Assembly: GCA_964469405.1 (NCBI GenBank)
Contig: CAYXYP010000002.1
Coordinates: 9,338-73,337, forward strand
Direction of reading: 5' to 3'
Source of the DNA: an uncultured Candidatus Saccharibacteria bacterium
GTDB taxonomy: Bacteria; Patescibacteriota; Minisyncoccia; Phycocordibacterales; Phycocordibacteraceae
Length of the DNA: 64,000 bases
The notes beneath the pieces are model-generated. The model saw only the letters and a list, made by a program, of their open reading frames with translations. It was not told the origin of the DNA and did not search any database. This document shows, one piece after another, positions 38,635-47,395 of this stretch (positions within the stretch are counted from its first letter, which is position 1; each line of letters begins with the position of its first letter). Both the position numbers and the translations under genes were made by a program.

Positions 38635-38764
38635 GTGCACCCTGATGGGCTTGGTCACGTATAATTTCTTGCTAATAATGTGCGCGACTCCGGATCGAAT
38701 CGGCACCCTCCGGCTTTCGAGCCCCACAAAATACGGCGAAAGTATTGTTTTCGTCTCATATTTT
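38635..38764. mobile_element. 130-bp structured insert at the tRNA-Val 3' end
   Basis: 38635-38653 duplicates the tRNA 3' end (17/19 nt); contains an inverted T-arm copy. Confidence 0.6.
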
Positions 38765-38765
38765 G

Positions 38766-38838
38766 TGCACCCTGAGGGGCTCGAACCCCCGACCTTCGCA
38801 GTGTAAATGCGCTGCTCTACCAACTGAGCTAAGGGTGC
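38766..38838 (-). tRNA. tRNA-Val(TAC)
   Basis: Cloverleaf, TAC anticodon. Confidence 0.95.
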
Positions 38839-38861
38839 ATCAATACATCATACTGTATTTC

Positions 38862-39031
38862 GTGGGCATGGAGGGACTCGGTCACACTTCGCTCAGTCGC
38901 CTCGCTCCTAAGCGAGGCGCGACCCCGGCTCGCCTGTCCTCACTTCGTTCAGACATAGCTCCGCCTTTCGAGTCCTGCGCACCCTATGTAGATAGGGTGC
39001 GCCCCATGCCCTCCGCTCATTGCATTTCGCT
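38862..39031. mobile_element. 170-bp structured insert at the tRNA-Leu(CAG) 3' end
   Basis: 38862-38880 is identical to 39032-39050 (19 bp); internal hairpins and an inverted tRNA 3' copy. Confidence 0.65.
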
Positions 39032-39032
39032 G

Positions 39033-39114
39033 TGGGCATGGAGGGACTCGAACCCTCAACCCTTACGGGATACGCTTCTGAGACGTACGCGTATACCAGT
39101 TCCGCCACATGCCC
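39033..39114 (-). tRNA. tRNA-Leu(CAG)
   Basis: Cloverleaf with variable arm, CAG anticodon. Confidence 0.93.
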
Positions 39115-39243
39115 GTACGCATACCTTACTATACAAACTATCATCTGTGGCCACAACTCAAAACTTACCGTCACAAATCTTGACCGCGACACAGAGCGGA
39201 ATCTACACACCTCCACCAAGTGATCTGGGCGATAGTTATGTGT

Positions 39244-39318
39244 TGGTGCCCCCAGCAGGAATCGAACCTACATCAACGGCTTAGAAGTCCGCTACTTTAT
39301 CCATTAAGCTATGGGGGC
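39244..39318 (-). tRNA. tRNA-Arg(TCT)
   Basis: Cloverleaf, TCT anticodon, encoded CCA. Confidence 0.92.
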
Positions 39319-39344
39319 AATCTATACCCTAGCGCATACAAGCG

Positions 39345-39653
39345 TCATTGCGAAGGGTCAGCGTAACGATAAACGCCTGTCTCATACTTCGCTTCTTCAG
39401 CGACACGATTAGAAAAAATATCGTGAATAGCATCGAGCGAAGAACTCTTAAAAGCCGGCAACGAACTTGGCTCAACTGAACCTATAACTCCTCCGCGCGC
39501 AATAGTATCAAAAGCCCACGCGTTCCAAACAATAACACCTGCTAGCACTATCGCTGAAAATATGAGTGCCATTATCCAATCCCGCATCGGATCCTGGTGT
39601 GCCCCAACACGTAGCCGTTTCAAGAAAACATTGGAAAAATTAAGAATACTCAT
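39345..39653 (-). CDS. Small single-TM protein of the pilMNO operon (PilP position)
   Basis: TM helix; 4-nt overlap with the upstream gene. Confidence 0.65.
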   Translation of the reverse strand: MSILNFSNVFLKRLRVGAHQDPMRDWIMALIFSAIVLAGVIVWNAWAFDTIARGGVIGSVEPSSLPAFKSSSLDAIHDIFSNRVAEEAKYETGVYRYADPSQ

Positions 39654-40213
39654 GGGGTGATTTTTATTGGGGCATTTGAATCGCCCTTGCTAGTTGTTGT
39701 ATTCGAGGACAGCGAGCCAACACTCAACTTGAGGACAGCGACCCAACTATTCTTAGAATTCTGCCTAAGAGAGAGTTCAGAAATCGAAAGAGCATAGGGA
39801 GCATATTCGATTGTACCAACAGTGCGCATCACCGCATCGAATGATCCATTTATAGTGAGCGTAAGCACAAGCGTCGGCTGCACAGGAGTGCCACCCGTCG
39901 TAACCGACAGAACGCTTACGGTAGTAGACCCTACTGAATGTCCACGAGCCTCGAGATTGTTGATGAACGCGACCACACCAGCCTCCGGAACAAAATAGCC
40001 CTGCACAACGACCTCGTCGCCAGTAATTTTATCAAGCGTCGCGCGAACGGAAGCAATACGATTCGAGGCCTCAATCGTTGTGGCAATTTGGTTTTCCAAA
40101 TTTGCTACCGTGGTACTTTTTTCTGCAATGATCGCATACCAGGCACCGTACCCTACGAGAGTTGCGGCACATACAATGAGAGCAACAATGAGTCTGAAGA
40201 GAGGCGATTTCAT
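39650..40213 (-). CDS. Type IV pilus PilO-like protein
   Basis: TM, coiled coil, then ferredoxin-like domain; operon position. Confidence 0.7.
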   Translation of the reverse strand: MKSPLFRLIVALIVCAATLVGYGAWYAIIAEKSTTVANLENQIATTIEASNRIASVRATLDKITGDEVVVQGYFVPEAGVVAFINNLEARGHSVGSTTVSVLSVTTGGTPVQPTLVLTLTINGSFDAVMRTVGTIEYAPYALSISELSLRQNSKNSWVAVLKLSVGSLSSNTTTSKGDSNAPIKITP

Positions 40214-40764
40214 GGCGCAAGTGTTACGGTAACAACAAATGCGATGTCAGTATCTTTCGCATATGCAGAAATTGGCAAATTAGCGGATTGAATGGACGGG
40301 ACACCCTCTAACGCAAGTTGGTAATTACGAAGCGCATCGCGCGTCGCCGAAGTTCCCGTGATGACAATTGTGCTTGGACTCTTCGGAGTAGCAGCTTTAT
40401 ACCCAAGACTCGAAAGTTTGATGCCCGGACGAGAGACGGCGAGCATTGTGCGAATGATAGTACTTACGGAAGGAATCCTCGCAATAGTCGTTAGAATTGA
40501 CATATTATTCGAGAGTGCCGTGAGGTGTGTAGACAGCGCTGCTTCATCCGCAGCAGAAAGCGTGGATTTCATACTCGCAAGACGCATTTCTTTCGCGTTA
40601 GAACTTGCCGAGAGGAGTACGTAGGTTGGTAACAGTAGTAGCGCAGCGACACACGTAATTGCCGTTAAAAGAACAACGATGACGACACCGAGGCGGAGAA
40701 AATACTCACGGACGAGTGCGTGCTGACGTTCATAAGGAAGCAGGTTTGTAAGTTCGGTATGCAT
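40210..40764 (-). CDS. pilN: Type IV pilus PilN-like protein
   Basis: N-terminal NLLP motif, TM helix, I.G.S.TR..L. Confidence 0.8.
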   Translation of the reverse strand: MHTELTNLLPYERQHALVREYFLRLGVVIVVLLTAITCVAALLLLPTYVLLSASSNAKEMRLASMKSTLSAADEAALSTHLTALSNNMSILTTIARIPSVSTIIRTMLAVSRPGIKLSSLGYKAATPKSPSTIVITGTSATRDALRNYQLALEGVPSIQSANLPISAYAKDTDIAFVVTVTLAP

Positions 40765-40767
40765 ATA

Positions 40768-41853
40768 TTATGCGTGGTCGCGAAGCGCGAGACCGATTGC
40801 CGTTGCATATGAGAGTGATTCAGAATAATCAATTTGTGGAATCCACGTATCACGCGAAGCAAAATTGGTGAAAACATCGCCCGTGGTGACAGGAATCCGA
40901 AATGCACCTTCAAGATATTCAGGGAATCCGCGTATCGAGGCATTCCCACCAGAAAGAATAGCCTGCGATACTTTCTCATGGCCCGCTTTGAGGGTCTCCT
41001 TTTCTTGCCAGTAATCGAGTCGGTGGGAAATCTCATCGCGGATAGCAGAGACCGTTGAGAGCATTGCGGCAAGATATTCTTCATTTCCTGATGCGGGAAC
41101 AATACCCCGTTCAACTTTAACGGCACGAGCTTCTGCTTCGGTAACACCAAAATACTTTTGTACCGCAAGAGTGAGTGCGTGACCTCCTATATTAATCGTC
41201 GTAGCGAAATGAGGTATACGCCCGACAACTATGGCTATCTTTGTCGTTGATTTTCCGACATCGATAATAAGTGTTGTGGAAGTATCACCTTTTGGAAGAA
41301 GTGACCGTGCCATAGCGAAAGTCTCTCCCTCAAGAGCTCTCACGCTGAGATTGGCTTGATCAAATATCGACAGAGTGTCGTCGACAATGCGTCGTGCGAA
41401 ACCGATACCTGCGACGAGCTTATCACCAGGATCTCCATGTCCTGCCTCAACTATATCAAAGGCCGTCTCTGATGGGGGTAGAGGTATAAGCTCATCGAGG
41501 TGCTGCTCAACCGCAGTACGCCACTCAGCCTTACTCGTGCCAGGAGCTGTCGTCTCAAAAAGATACGCCTTTGATTCTGACAGTGTGGCATTGGTGGCAG
41601 AAATACCGGCTGCCCGAGTCGCGGCTTCGAGAGCCTCCACAATTGCAGCTCGATCAACTATTTCGCCATCGGTAAATGCGCCTACTGGCAAAAATTGCTC
41701 ACTATAGCTCGCCAACGTGAGACCATGAGTACCCTCGACAAGACGCACTGCCTTGACCCCACTCGTGGAGAGGTCAACTCCAGCAAGAGGAAACGCTAAA
41801 TATCGCGGGGGTGCGAAAGCAATACGCAGACGCTTACTGAAAACGGAAGACAT
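40768..41853 (-). CDS. pilM: Type IV pilus assembly protein PilM
   Basis: GVDLS...VK, DVG..TT, LSGG.A...G, AIGLALR. Confidence 0.9.
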   Translation of the reverse strand: MSSVFSKRLRIAFAPPRYLAFPLAGVDLSTSGVKAVRLVEGTHGLTLASYSEQFLPVGAFTDGEIVDRAAIVEALEAATRAAGISATNATLSESKAYLFETTAPGTSKAEWRTAVEQHLDELIPLPPSETAFDIVEAGHGDPGDKLVAGIGFARRIVDDTLSIFDQANLSVRALEGETFAMARSLLPKGDTSTTLIIDVGKSTTKIAIVVGRIPHFATTINIGGHALTLAVQKYFGVTEAEARAVKVERGIVPASGNEEYLAAMLSTVSAIRDEISHRLDYWQEKETLKAGHEKVSQAILSGGNASIRGFPEYLEGAFRIPVTTGDVFTNFASRDTWIPQIDYSESLSYATAIGLALRDHA

Positions 41854-41921
41854 GCATTAGAGTATAACCGATTTTTTTGTTGATATTCCATTGGTATCCC
41901 CGTGGAAAAAATCAGCACGCC

Positions 41922-42263
41922 TTAATGTGCACTCGTACCGGAGGGCACCACCCTATCAGGAGTAAGAAATGCAAATGATTCTCCATCCCCAATTGCAAAC
42001 AGCATTCCATCGCTCTCGAGTCCACGTATTGTCCGTGGGGCGAGGTTTGTTACAAATGCGAACTGGCGACCAACGAGCAAGTCGGGGTCCAGAACATGTG
42101 CAGCAATGCCGGAAACAATCTGACGGGGACCAGTCTCTTCGTTAAAGTCGATCATAAATCGAAGAAGCTTGTCTGTCTCAGGTACGCGCTCAACAGAGCG
42201 CACGGTCCCAATCTTCACTTCGATCTTACTGAATTCTTCAATTGAAATGCGTGGTTTATCCAT
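41922..42263 (-). CDS. Stand-alone tRNA-binding OB domain (Trbp111/MetG C-terminal-like)
   Basis: I.IEEF.K.E.KIG, DKLL, RQIVSGIA, NL.PR.IRG.ES.GML. Confidence 0.9.
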   Translation of the reverse strand: MDKPRISIEEFSKIEVKIGTVRSVERVPETDKLLRFMIDFNEETGPRQIVSGIAAHVLDPDLLVGRQFAFVTNLAPRTIRGLESDGMLFAIGDGESFAFLTPDRVVPSGTSAH

Positions 42264-42669
42264 GATTAGCGCGTGAGAGATAGCTAGTAAGAATGAGTGC
42301 GGCGGCAGAAGCGTCGACATCAGAATGTCGCTTCATCTTGCGAGACTTAGTTTCTTTTGCGGGCGCGCGCCGAGCTTCCGCACTAGTGAACACTTCGGAT
42401 TCAAAAAATACGGGAATGCCCGCATGTTCGGTAATTAGATTACCGAACATGCGGGCATCTGCTGCGATCGGATTCTCTCCACCTATGAGATTGCGAGATT
42501 CTCCAACTACCACCGCTCCAACATTTTCTTTGGCGATCAGCGCACAAAGTTCGTCAACAAGTCGCGGGGTATTGGAAACGACAGAATGCGGGAATCCCAT
42601 AACACCAGCCTCATCCGAGAGTGCGAGACCTATTTTCTTGCTTCCATAATCAACGCCGAGATATCGCAT
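42256..42669 (-). CDS. yqgF: RuvX/YqgF pre-16S rRNA nuclease
   Basis: LGVDYGSKKIGLALSD, E.FTS.EA, D..AA..IL..YL. Confidence 0.93.
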   Translation of the reverse strand: MRYLGVDYGSKKIGLALSDEAGVMGFPHSVVSNTPRLVDELCALIAKENVGAVVVGESRNLIGGENPIAADARMFGNLITEHAGIPVFFESEVFTSAEARRAPAKETKSRKMKRHSDVDASAAALILTSYLSRANHG

Positions 42670-42697
42670 GTCTGCAGTGTATGGTATAATATGATAG

Positions 42698-42994
42698 ATG
42701 TATACGTATCTGCATGACTTTTCACCAATCTACTCCCCCTTTGCTCCTGCCCTCATGCTTGCATTACTCCCTCTCCTTGCTCTCGCAGCAATCTGGACAA
42801 TCGCTATCAAGGGTTACGCACTCTGGCACGCCGCCCGTAATGGGCAGAAGGAGTGGTTCATCGCACTCCTCATTATTAACACGCTCGGCATTCTCGAAAT
42901 CGTATATCTCATTTGGTTCCGTCCAAAAAACTCCAACGCAGAGCAATCGCACATTTCGCATACACCTGCGGTGGATTCATCACCGCAGGTATAG
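42698..42994 (+). CDS. Small membrane protein (DUF5652-like)
   Basis: KG.ALW.AARN.QK.WF..LL..NTLGILEI.Y. Confidence 0.75.
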   Translation: MYTYLHDFSPIYSPFAPALMLALLPLLALAAIWTIAIKGYALWHAARNGQKEWFIALLIINTLGILEIVYLIWFRPKNSNAEQSHISHTPAVDSSPQV

Positions 42995-43001
42995 ATAACA
43001 C

Positions 43002-43088
43002 GGAGAGGTGGCAGAGCGGTCGAATGCACCGGTCTTGAAAACCGGAGTCCTGGAAACGGGACCGTGAGTTCGAATCTCACCCTCTCCG
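43002..43088 (+). tRNA. tRNA-Ser(TGA)
   Basis: Cloverleaf with long variable arm. Confidence 0.95.
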
Positions 43089-43149
43089 CTTGTACACAAA
43101 AAAATATTAGACGATTATTCCGTGACATACTTTCTGCTATTATTCCCAC

Positions 43150-43623
43150 ATGCCCCGCAATGTTGTTTTAGAGTGGAGAGGAACGGAATACGATTACAAC
43201 CCAAAAAGTGCTGATTGGTATTGGGCGCTTGGCATTATCGCAGTCGCTGGCACAATAGCCGCGGTACTCTTCGGCAACTATCTACTTGGGGTTGTTGTTG
43301 TCGTCGCGGCAGTATCGCTTGCGCTCCACGCTGCGAAACGACCTTCCGTGCATCGTTTCCGTCTTGTCGAACAAGGCATCATCATCGGAGAAGAGCTTCA
43401 TACTTTTGAGCGAATGATTTCCTTTTCCGTTCTTGAAGACATCGAGGGGAAGCACCCCCCGATGATCTCCGTCAAGACTGAAAGTTGGCTTTCGCCACAC
43501 CTGATAATCCCACTAGAGGGCGTTAATGCCGACACAGTGTTTAATTATTTCCTGCAACATGTTGAGGAAGATGCCCATCATCACACATTTTCCGACTTGG
43601 TGGCGGCTTGGATTGGATTCTGA
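43150..43623 (+). CDS. Two-TM hypothetical protein with PH-like soluble domain
   Basis: W...EY....KS.DWYW followed by two TM helices. Confidence 0.7.
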   Translation: MPRNVVLEWRGTEYDYNPKSADWYWALGIIAVAGTIAAVLFGNYLLGVVVVVAAVSLALHAAKRPSVHRFRLVEQGIIIGEELHTFERMISFSVLEDIEGKHPPMISVKTESWLSPHLIIPLEGVNADTVFNYFLQHVEEDAHHHTFSDLVAAWIGF

Positions 43624-43639
43624 TATACATTCAAGTATT

Positions 43640-43711
43640 GCTCTCGTCGTTCAACGGATAGGACACCGGCTTGCGGAGCCGGCAATAGAGGTTCGATTCC
43701 TCTCGAGAGCA
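43640..43711 (+). tRNA. tRNA-Arg(GCG)
   Basis: CCGGC-TTGCGGA-GCCGG anticodon arm. Confidence 0.92.
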
Positions 43712-43880
43712 CAAAAAGAGCGTAGTGATTTTTGTGCTCTCGAAGCACGTCGCCTGCGCGACGTGCTTGAGGAATCGAAAGGCGGAGCGATGTTCGGCTA
43801 GCAAGCCGAACCGCGAGCCCTGCCCAGACAAACTTTTGCGACGGCAAAACTTTAGTCGAGGAAGATATGGCGTACTCGCC
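43712..43880. repeat. Structured insert after tRNA-Arg(GCG), related to the Val/Leu inserts
   Basis: Inverted tRNA 3' copy split by a hairpin (43734-43779), TCGAAAGGCGGAG motif; right boundary approximate. Confidence 0.5.
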
Positions 43881-43920
43881 GGTCCTCTTTGCTATGAGAA
43901 AGTGTTAGTATCGCTAAAAT

Positions 43921-43995
43921 GCTCTCGTCGTTCAATGGATAGGATAGCCCCCTCCGAAGGGGCCGATGCTGGTTCGATTCCAACCGAGAGCACCA
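43921..43995 (+). tRNA. tRNA-Arg(CCG)
   Basis: GCCCC-CTCCGAA-GGGGC anticodon arm, encoded CCA. Confidence 0.93.
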
Positions 43996-44044
43996 AACAG
44001 CAAAAAAGGCCCCCATATGGGGGCCTTTTTTGCTGTTTGGTGCT
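43989..44044. terminator. Bidirectional terminator (perfect 56-bp palindrome)
   Basis: 28-bp arms between convergent tRNA-Arg and rpsT. Confidence 0.8.
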
Positions 44045-44046
44045 TT

Positions 44047-44313
44047 TTACTTCTGCCCTCTCTTAATTGCAGCGGCGAGACGGGACTTCTTTCGGTCTGC
44101 GGTATTGCCTTTGATAACTCCACGCTTACGTGCCTTGTCTATTGCAGCAAATGCTGCTGGGAGAAGTTTTTCAGCACCAGAAACATCTGAAGCTGCAAGT
44201 GCTTTCGTAAGAGACTTCACTGCATCATGAAGGGCGTCCTTGCGGCGCAAATTAAAGACATGCTTCCTCGCCGATGAGCGAATCGCTTTCTTTGCAGAAC
44301 TGGTAATAGCCAT
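44047..44313 (-). CDS. rpsT: 30S ribosomal protein S20
   Basis: SAKK.IR, IDKA.K.GVI..NTA.RKKSRL. Confidence 0.96.
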   Translation of the reverse strand: MAITSSAKKAIRSSARKHVFNLRRKDALHDAVKSLTKALAASDVSGAEKLLPAAFAAIDKARKRGVIKGNTADRKKSRLAAAIKRGQK

Positions 44314-44372
44314 ATGTCATCCATATATACGCTATCTCCCGCTCTCTGGCAAATGGTAGTACCATAGCTACT

Positions 44373-44918
44373 ATGATTCGACAGATTCGCGGGGAAGTAC
44401 TTTCGGTGGGGCCAATAAGTGCAGTTATCGAGGTAGCGGGCTTCGGTGTCGAAGTACGTATGAGTGCGCCCCAGACTCTTTCGGTACATAGCGAAGCGAC
44501 TCTCGCGACACATCTCGTGCTCAAACAGGATGGTCTCGAGCTCTACGGATTCCCGAACGTGGCTGACCGCGACTTCTTTGAACTGATTCTATCGGTGTCT
44601 GGAATTGGACCAAAAACGGCACTCTCTGTTTTGCGGCGCTCTCCTCGCGAGGCGCTTGAAGGAGCTATCGGTAAACGCGACTTGTCATACCTCATCAAGG
44701 TCGTTGGGCTTGGCAAGAAAAGCGCCGAGAAAATGCTTCTGGAGCTTGCTGATAAAGTCGGGCCGAGCTCGCATGACAATGCCGATGGCGAAGTGTTCGA
44801 TACGCTCGTCGCCCTCGGATACACCGAGCGTGAAGCCCGTTCGGCATTACAATCAATACCGGACACTATCGCCGGCAAGGACTTGCGTCTTAAAGCAGCA
44901 CTCTCTTCAGGTCATTAA
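44373..44918 (+). CDS. ruvA: Holliday junction branch migration protein RuvA
   Basis: LYGF, VSGIGPKTAL, G.GKK.AE, L.ALGY. Confidence 0.95.
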   Translation: MIRQIRGEVLSVGPISAVIEVAGFGVEVRMSAPQTLSVHSEATLATHLVLKQDGLELYGFPNVADRDFFELILSVSGIGPKTALSVLRRSPREALEGAIGKRDLSYLIKVVGLGKKSAEKMLLELADKVGPSSHDNADGEVFDTLVALGYTEREARSALQSIPDTIAGKDLRLKAALSSGH

Positions 44919-44927
44919 TCTTATTCC

Positions 44928-46205
44928 ATGTACGAATTAGTCAATCGTATCGTCCATATCCTGAAAAAGATCGTACCGGAATCGGTAGTACGACTACTGC
45001 GCCCTTTCTATCATCGTGTTCTCGCATATCTCATGGCACTTTCATACGGCTTCCCTGCTAAGAAACTCACTGTTATAGGAATTACGGGGACAAAAGGTAA
45101 GTCGACGACTGCTGAAATGCTTTTTGCAATTCTGTGCCAAGCGGGTTATAGAACTGCTCTCATTTCCACTATTCGATTTGCCATTGGAAACGATTCGGAA
45201 CCGAACCGCTATAAAATGACGCTCCAAGGACGAGGCTTTACGCAGACGTTTATGCGCCGAGCTCTCAAAGCTGGGTGCACACATATTGTCATTGAGATAA
45301 CGTCCGAGAGTGTCTTGCAGTATCGACATTGGTTCCTTGATCTCGACGGACTCATCGTGACAAACATTCAGCGCGAACATATCGAAAGTCACGGTTCGTT
45401 CGAGAATTATGTATCAGCCAAACGCACTATTGTTGATACGTTGGTTCACTCGCCCAAACGCAATAAGGTATTGGTAACCAATGGAGATATTCCTGAAAGT
45501 CGCGCGTTCCTTTCTGCGAAAATTTCAAGAGTAATCGAATTCAGTACGCGCGAACTCAAACATCTGAAAGGAGACGAGAAGGGTGTCAGTTTTATGTATG
45601 CCGACGAGCACTTCTCTCTTCCTGTGCCAGGAACTTTCAATGCGATGAACGCACTCTCTGCAATAAAAATGAGCGAGACACTTGCTATCCCGCTTGCTGT
45701 TACATCGGCAGCTCTCGCGACACTTCCTCCCGTACAAGGTCGGGTAGAGCGTATTGAAGCGGGCCAGAACTTTACGGTTATCGTTGACTACGCGCACACT
45801 CCCGATTCACTTCTTGCTCTCTACGGTGCCTTCCCGACTCAGAGAAAAATTTGCGTTCTCGGAAACACCGGAGGCGGGCGTGATACGTGGAAACGCCCAG
45901 AGATGGGTCGTATCGCGGAACAGTCATGCGAAAAAGTCATTCTTACAAACGAAGATCCTTACGATGAAGACCCTCGTGGGATTATTGATGCCATGACGCG
46001 TGATATGCAGCACACACCCGAGATCATTATGGATCGACGTGAAGCCATTCGACACGCTCTCGCAGCCGCTCGCCCCGGCGACGCAGTCCTCATTTCTGGC
46101 AAAGGCACTGATCCTTTCATCATGGGTGCGAAGGGATCTCAACTTCCCTGGAGCGATGCCGCTGTTGTCCGTGAAGAGCTTGAGCGACTTCTCTCAAATT
46201 TTTGA
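44928..46205 (+). CDS. murE: MurE-like Mur ligase
   Basis: GITGTKGKST, VDYAHTPD, GGGRD..KRP.MG, LTNEDPY.E, GKG. Confidence 0.85.
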   Translation: MYELVNRIVHILKKIVPESVVRLLRPFYHRVLAYLMALSYGFPAKKLTVIGITGTKGKSTTAEMLFAILCQAGYRTALISTIRFAIGNDSEPNRYKMTLQGRGFTQTFMRRALKAGCTHIVIEITSESVLQYRHWFLDLDGLIVTNIQREHIESHGSFENYVSAKRTIVDTLVHSPKRNKVLVTNGDIPESRAFLSAKISRVIEFSTRELKHLKGDEKGVSFMYADEHFSLPVPGTFNAMNALSAIKMSETLAIPLAVTSAALATLPPVQGRVERIEAGQNFTVIVDYAHTPDSLLALYGAFPTQRKICVLGNTGGGRDTWKRPEMGRIAEQSCEKVILTNEDPYDEDPRGIIDAMTRDMQHTPEIIMDRREAIRHALAAARPGDAVLISGKGTDPFIMGAKGSQLPWSDAAVVREELERLLSNF

Positions 46206-46217
46206 TACTATGCTCCC

Positions 46218-47168
46218 ATGGGTGATGCACACGACGCGTGGTTTTTTATAGGCGTTTTCGTCTTTATATTTATTATTTGGATAGCGACTGGTGGGCCGCT
46301 ACACCCTCTCGCCTTCACCGGACCAACGCTCGCACAGCCAGGCGAGCTTGGGGGTGGCACATATCTACAATTCCCCCGAGCGTCATTCTCTATTGGGAGT
46401 TCAAAAGTCTCATTACCGGGCTCTTCAAACAATTCAACAAATTCGGGAACATCGATACCTACCTTTATAGGAGGTAGCGTTTTTGGAACACCCTCCCCTT
46501 ATCGCGATATCGTCAGGATGAACCATTACGTCTCGGGCGCTGGCGGAACCGACCCAGGGAACGAATACATTGAAATATCAATTGCGCAGAATGCCAGCGT
46601 ACCCGTCGACATTTCTGGATGGTCGCTCTCCAGCGACGCGACCGGTAGTTCCGTTGTCATTCCCAAGGGAACCGAAGTCCCAACTTCGGGTGTTATAAAC
46701 GCGGCAGAAGAGATCGTACTTACTCCGGGCACTCGAGCGATCATAATCTCTGGACAATCACCTATCGGGGCATCATTCCGCGAAAACAAGTGTATTGGTT
46801 ATTTCAGCACCTTCCAAAAATTCTCCCCTTCTCTACCGCTAAACTGCCCTTCACCCTCCGACGAACTCACTTCTTTTTATGGCCAAAATTACATCCGCGA
46901 CTCATTTTGTATTGACCAGATAAACAAGCTCTCGCGCTGTCAGGTAACACTCACTCCGCCGACTGGTGTTTCAAACGCGTGCCAGAGCTTCGTGGTGAAA
47001 TACCTCAATTACAACGGATGCGTCGATGCTCACAAAAATGATACTGATTTTGCAGGTAGTACGTGGCGCATTTATCTTGGTCGTACGAACTCAATGTGGC
47101 GCACTCGGAATGAACTAGTGAAACTTCACGACATGAATGGAAAGACAGTTGACGCGTTCAGCTACTAG
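46218..47168 (+). CDS. Membrane-anchored extracellular protein, lamin-tail-like domain with Cys-rich insert
   Basis: N-terminal TM helix; EYIEI...VDISGW.L; L.D..GK.VD. Confidence 0.65.
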   Translation: MGDAHDAWFFIGVFVFIFIIWIATGGPLHPLAFTGPTLAQPGELGGGTYLQFPRASFSIGSSKVSLPGSSNNSTNSGTSIPTFIGGSVFGTPSPYRDIVRMNHYVSGAGGTDPGNEYIEISIAQNASVPVDISGWSLSSDATGSSVVIPKGTEVPTSGVINAAEEIVLTPGTRAIIISGQSPIGASFRENKCIGYFSTFQKFSPSLPLNCPSPSDELTSFYGQNYIRDSFCIDQINKLSRCQVTLTPPTGVSNACQSFVVKYLNYNGCVDAHKNDTDFAGSTWRIYLGRTNSMWRTRNELVKLHDMNGKTVDAFSY

Positions 47169-47314
47169 AAGAAATGGGCTGCAAGTGGTAGAAATAGCAA
47201 TACACGTACGTATGTGTATACGCACGTTCGCGCCCGTATCTTCGAAGACTCGATACGAACGCTCATTCGGAGAGAAAGAATAAGTGAAGACACTCACTCT
47301 TTCTTCCTCATTTC

Positions 47315-47387
47315 GCGCCCGTAGCTCAGTCGGTAGAGCAGCGGCCTTTTAAGCCGTTGGTCGGTGGTTCGAGCCCACCCGGGCGCA
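47315..47387 (+). tRNA. tRNA-Lys(TTT)
   Basis: Cloverleaf, TTT anticodon. Confidence 0.95.
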
Positions 47388-47395
47388 CATATCTA

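Noticed and set aside
38599-39284. ORFs 38599-38823, 38745-39284, 38908-39219, 39020-39223
   Set aside because: They overlap tRNA genes and structured inserts; shadow ORFs.
43526-44230. Several 60-110 aa ORFs
   Set aside because: They overlap two tRNA-Arg genes, a terminator and rpsT.
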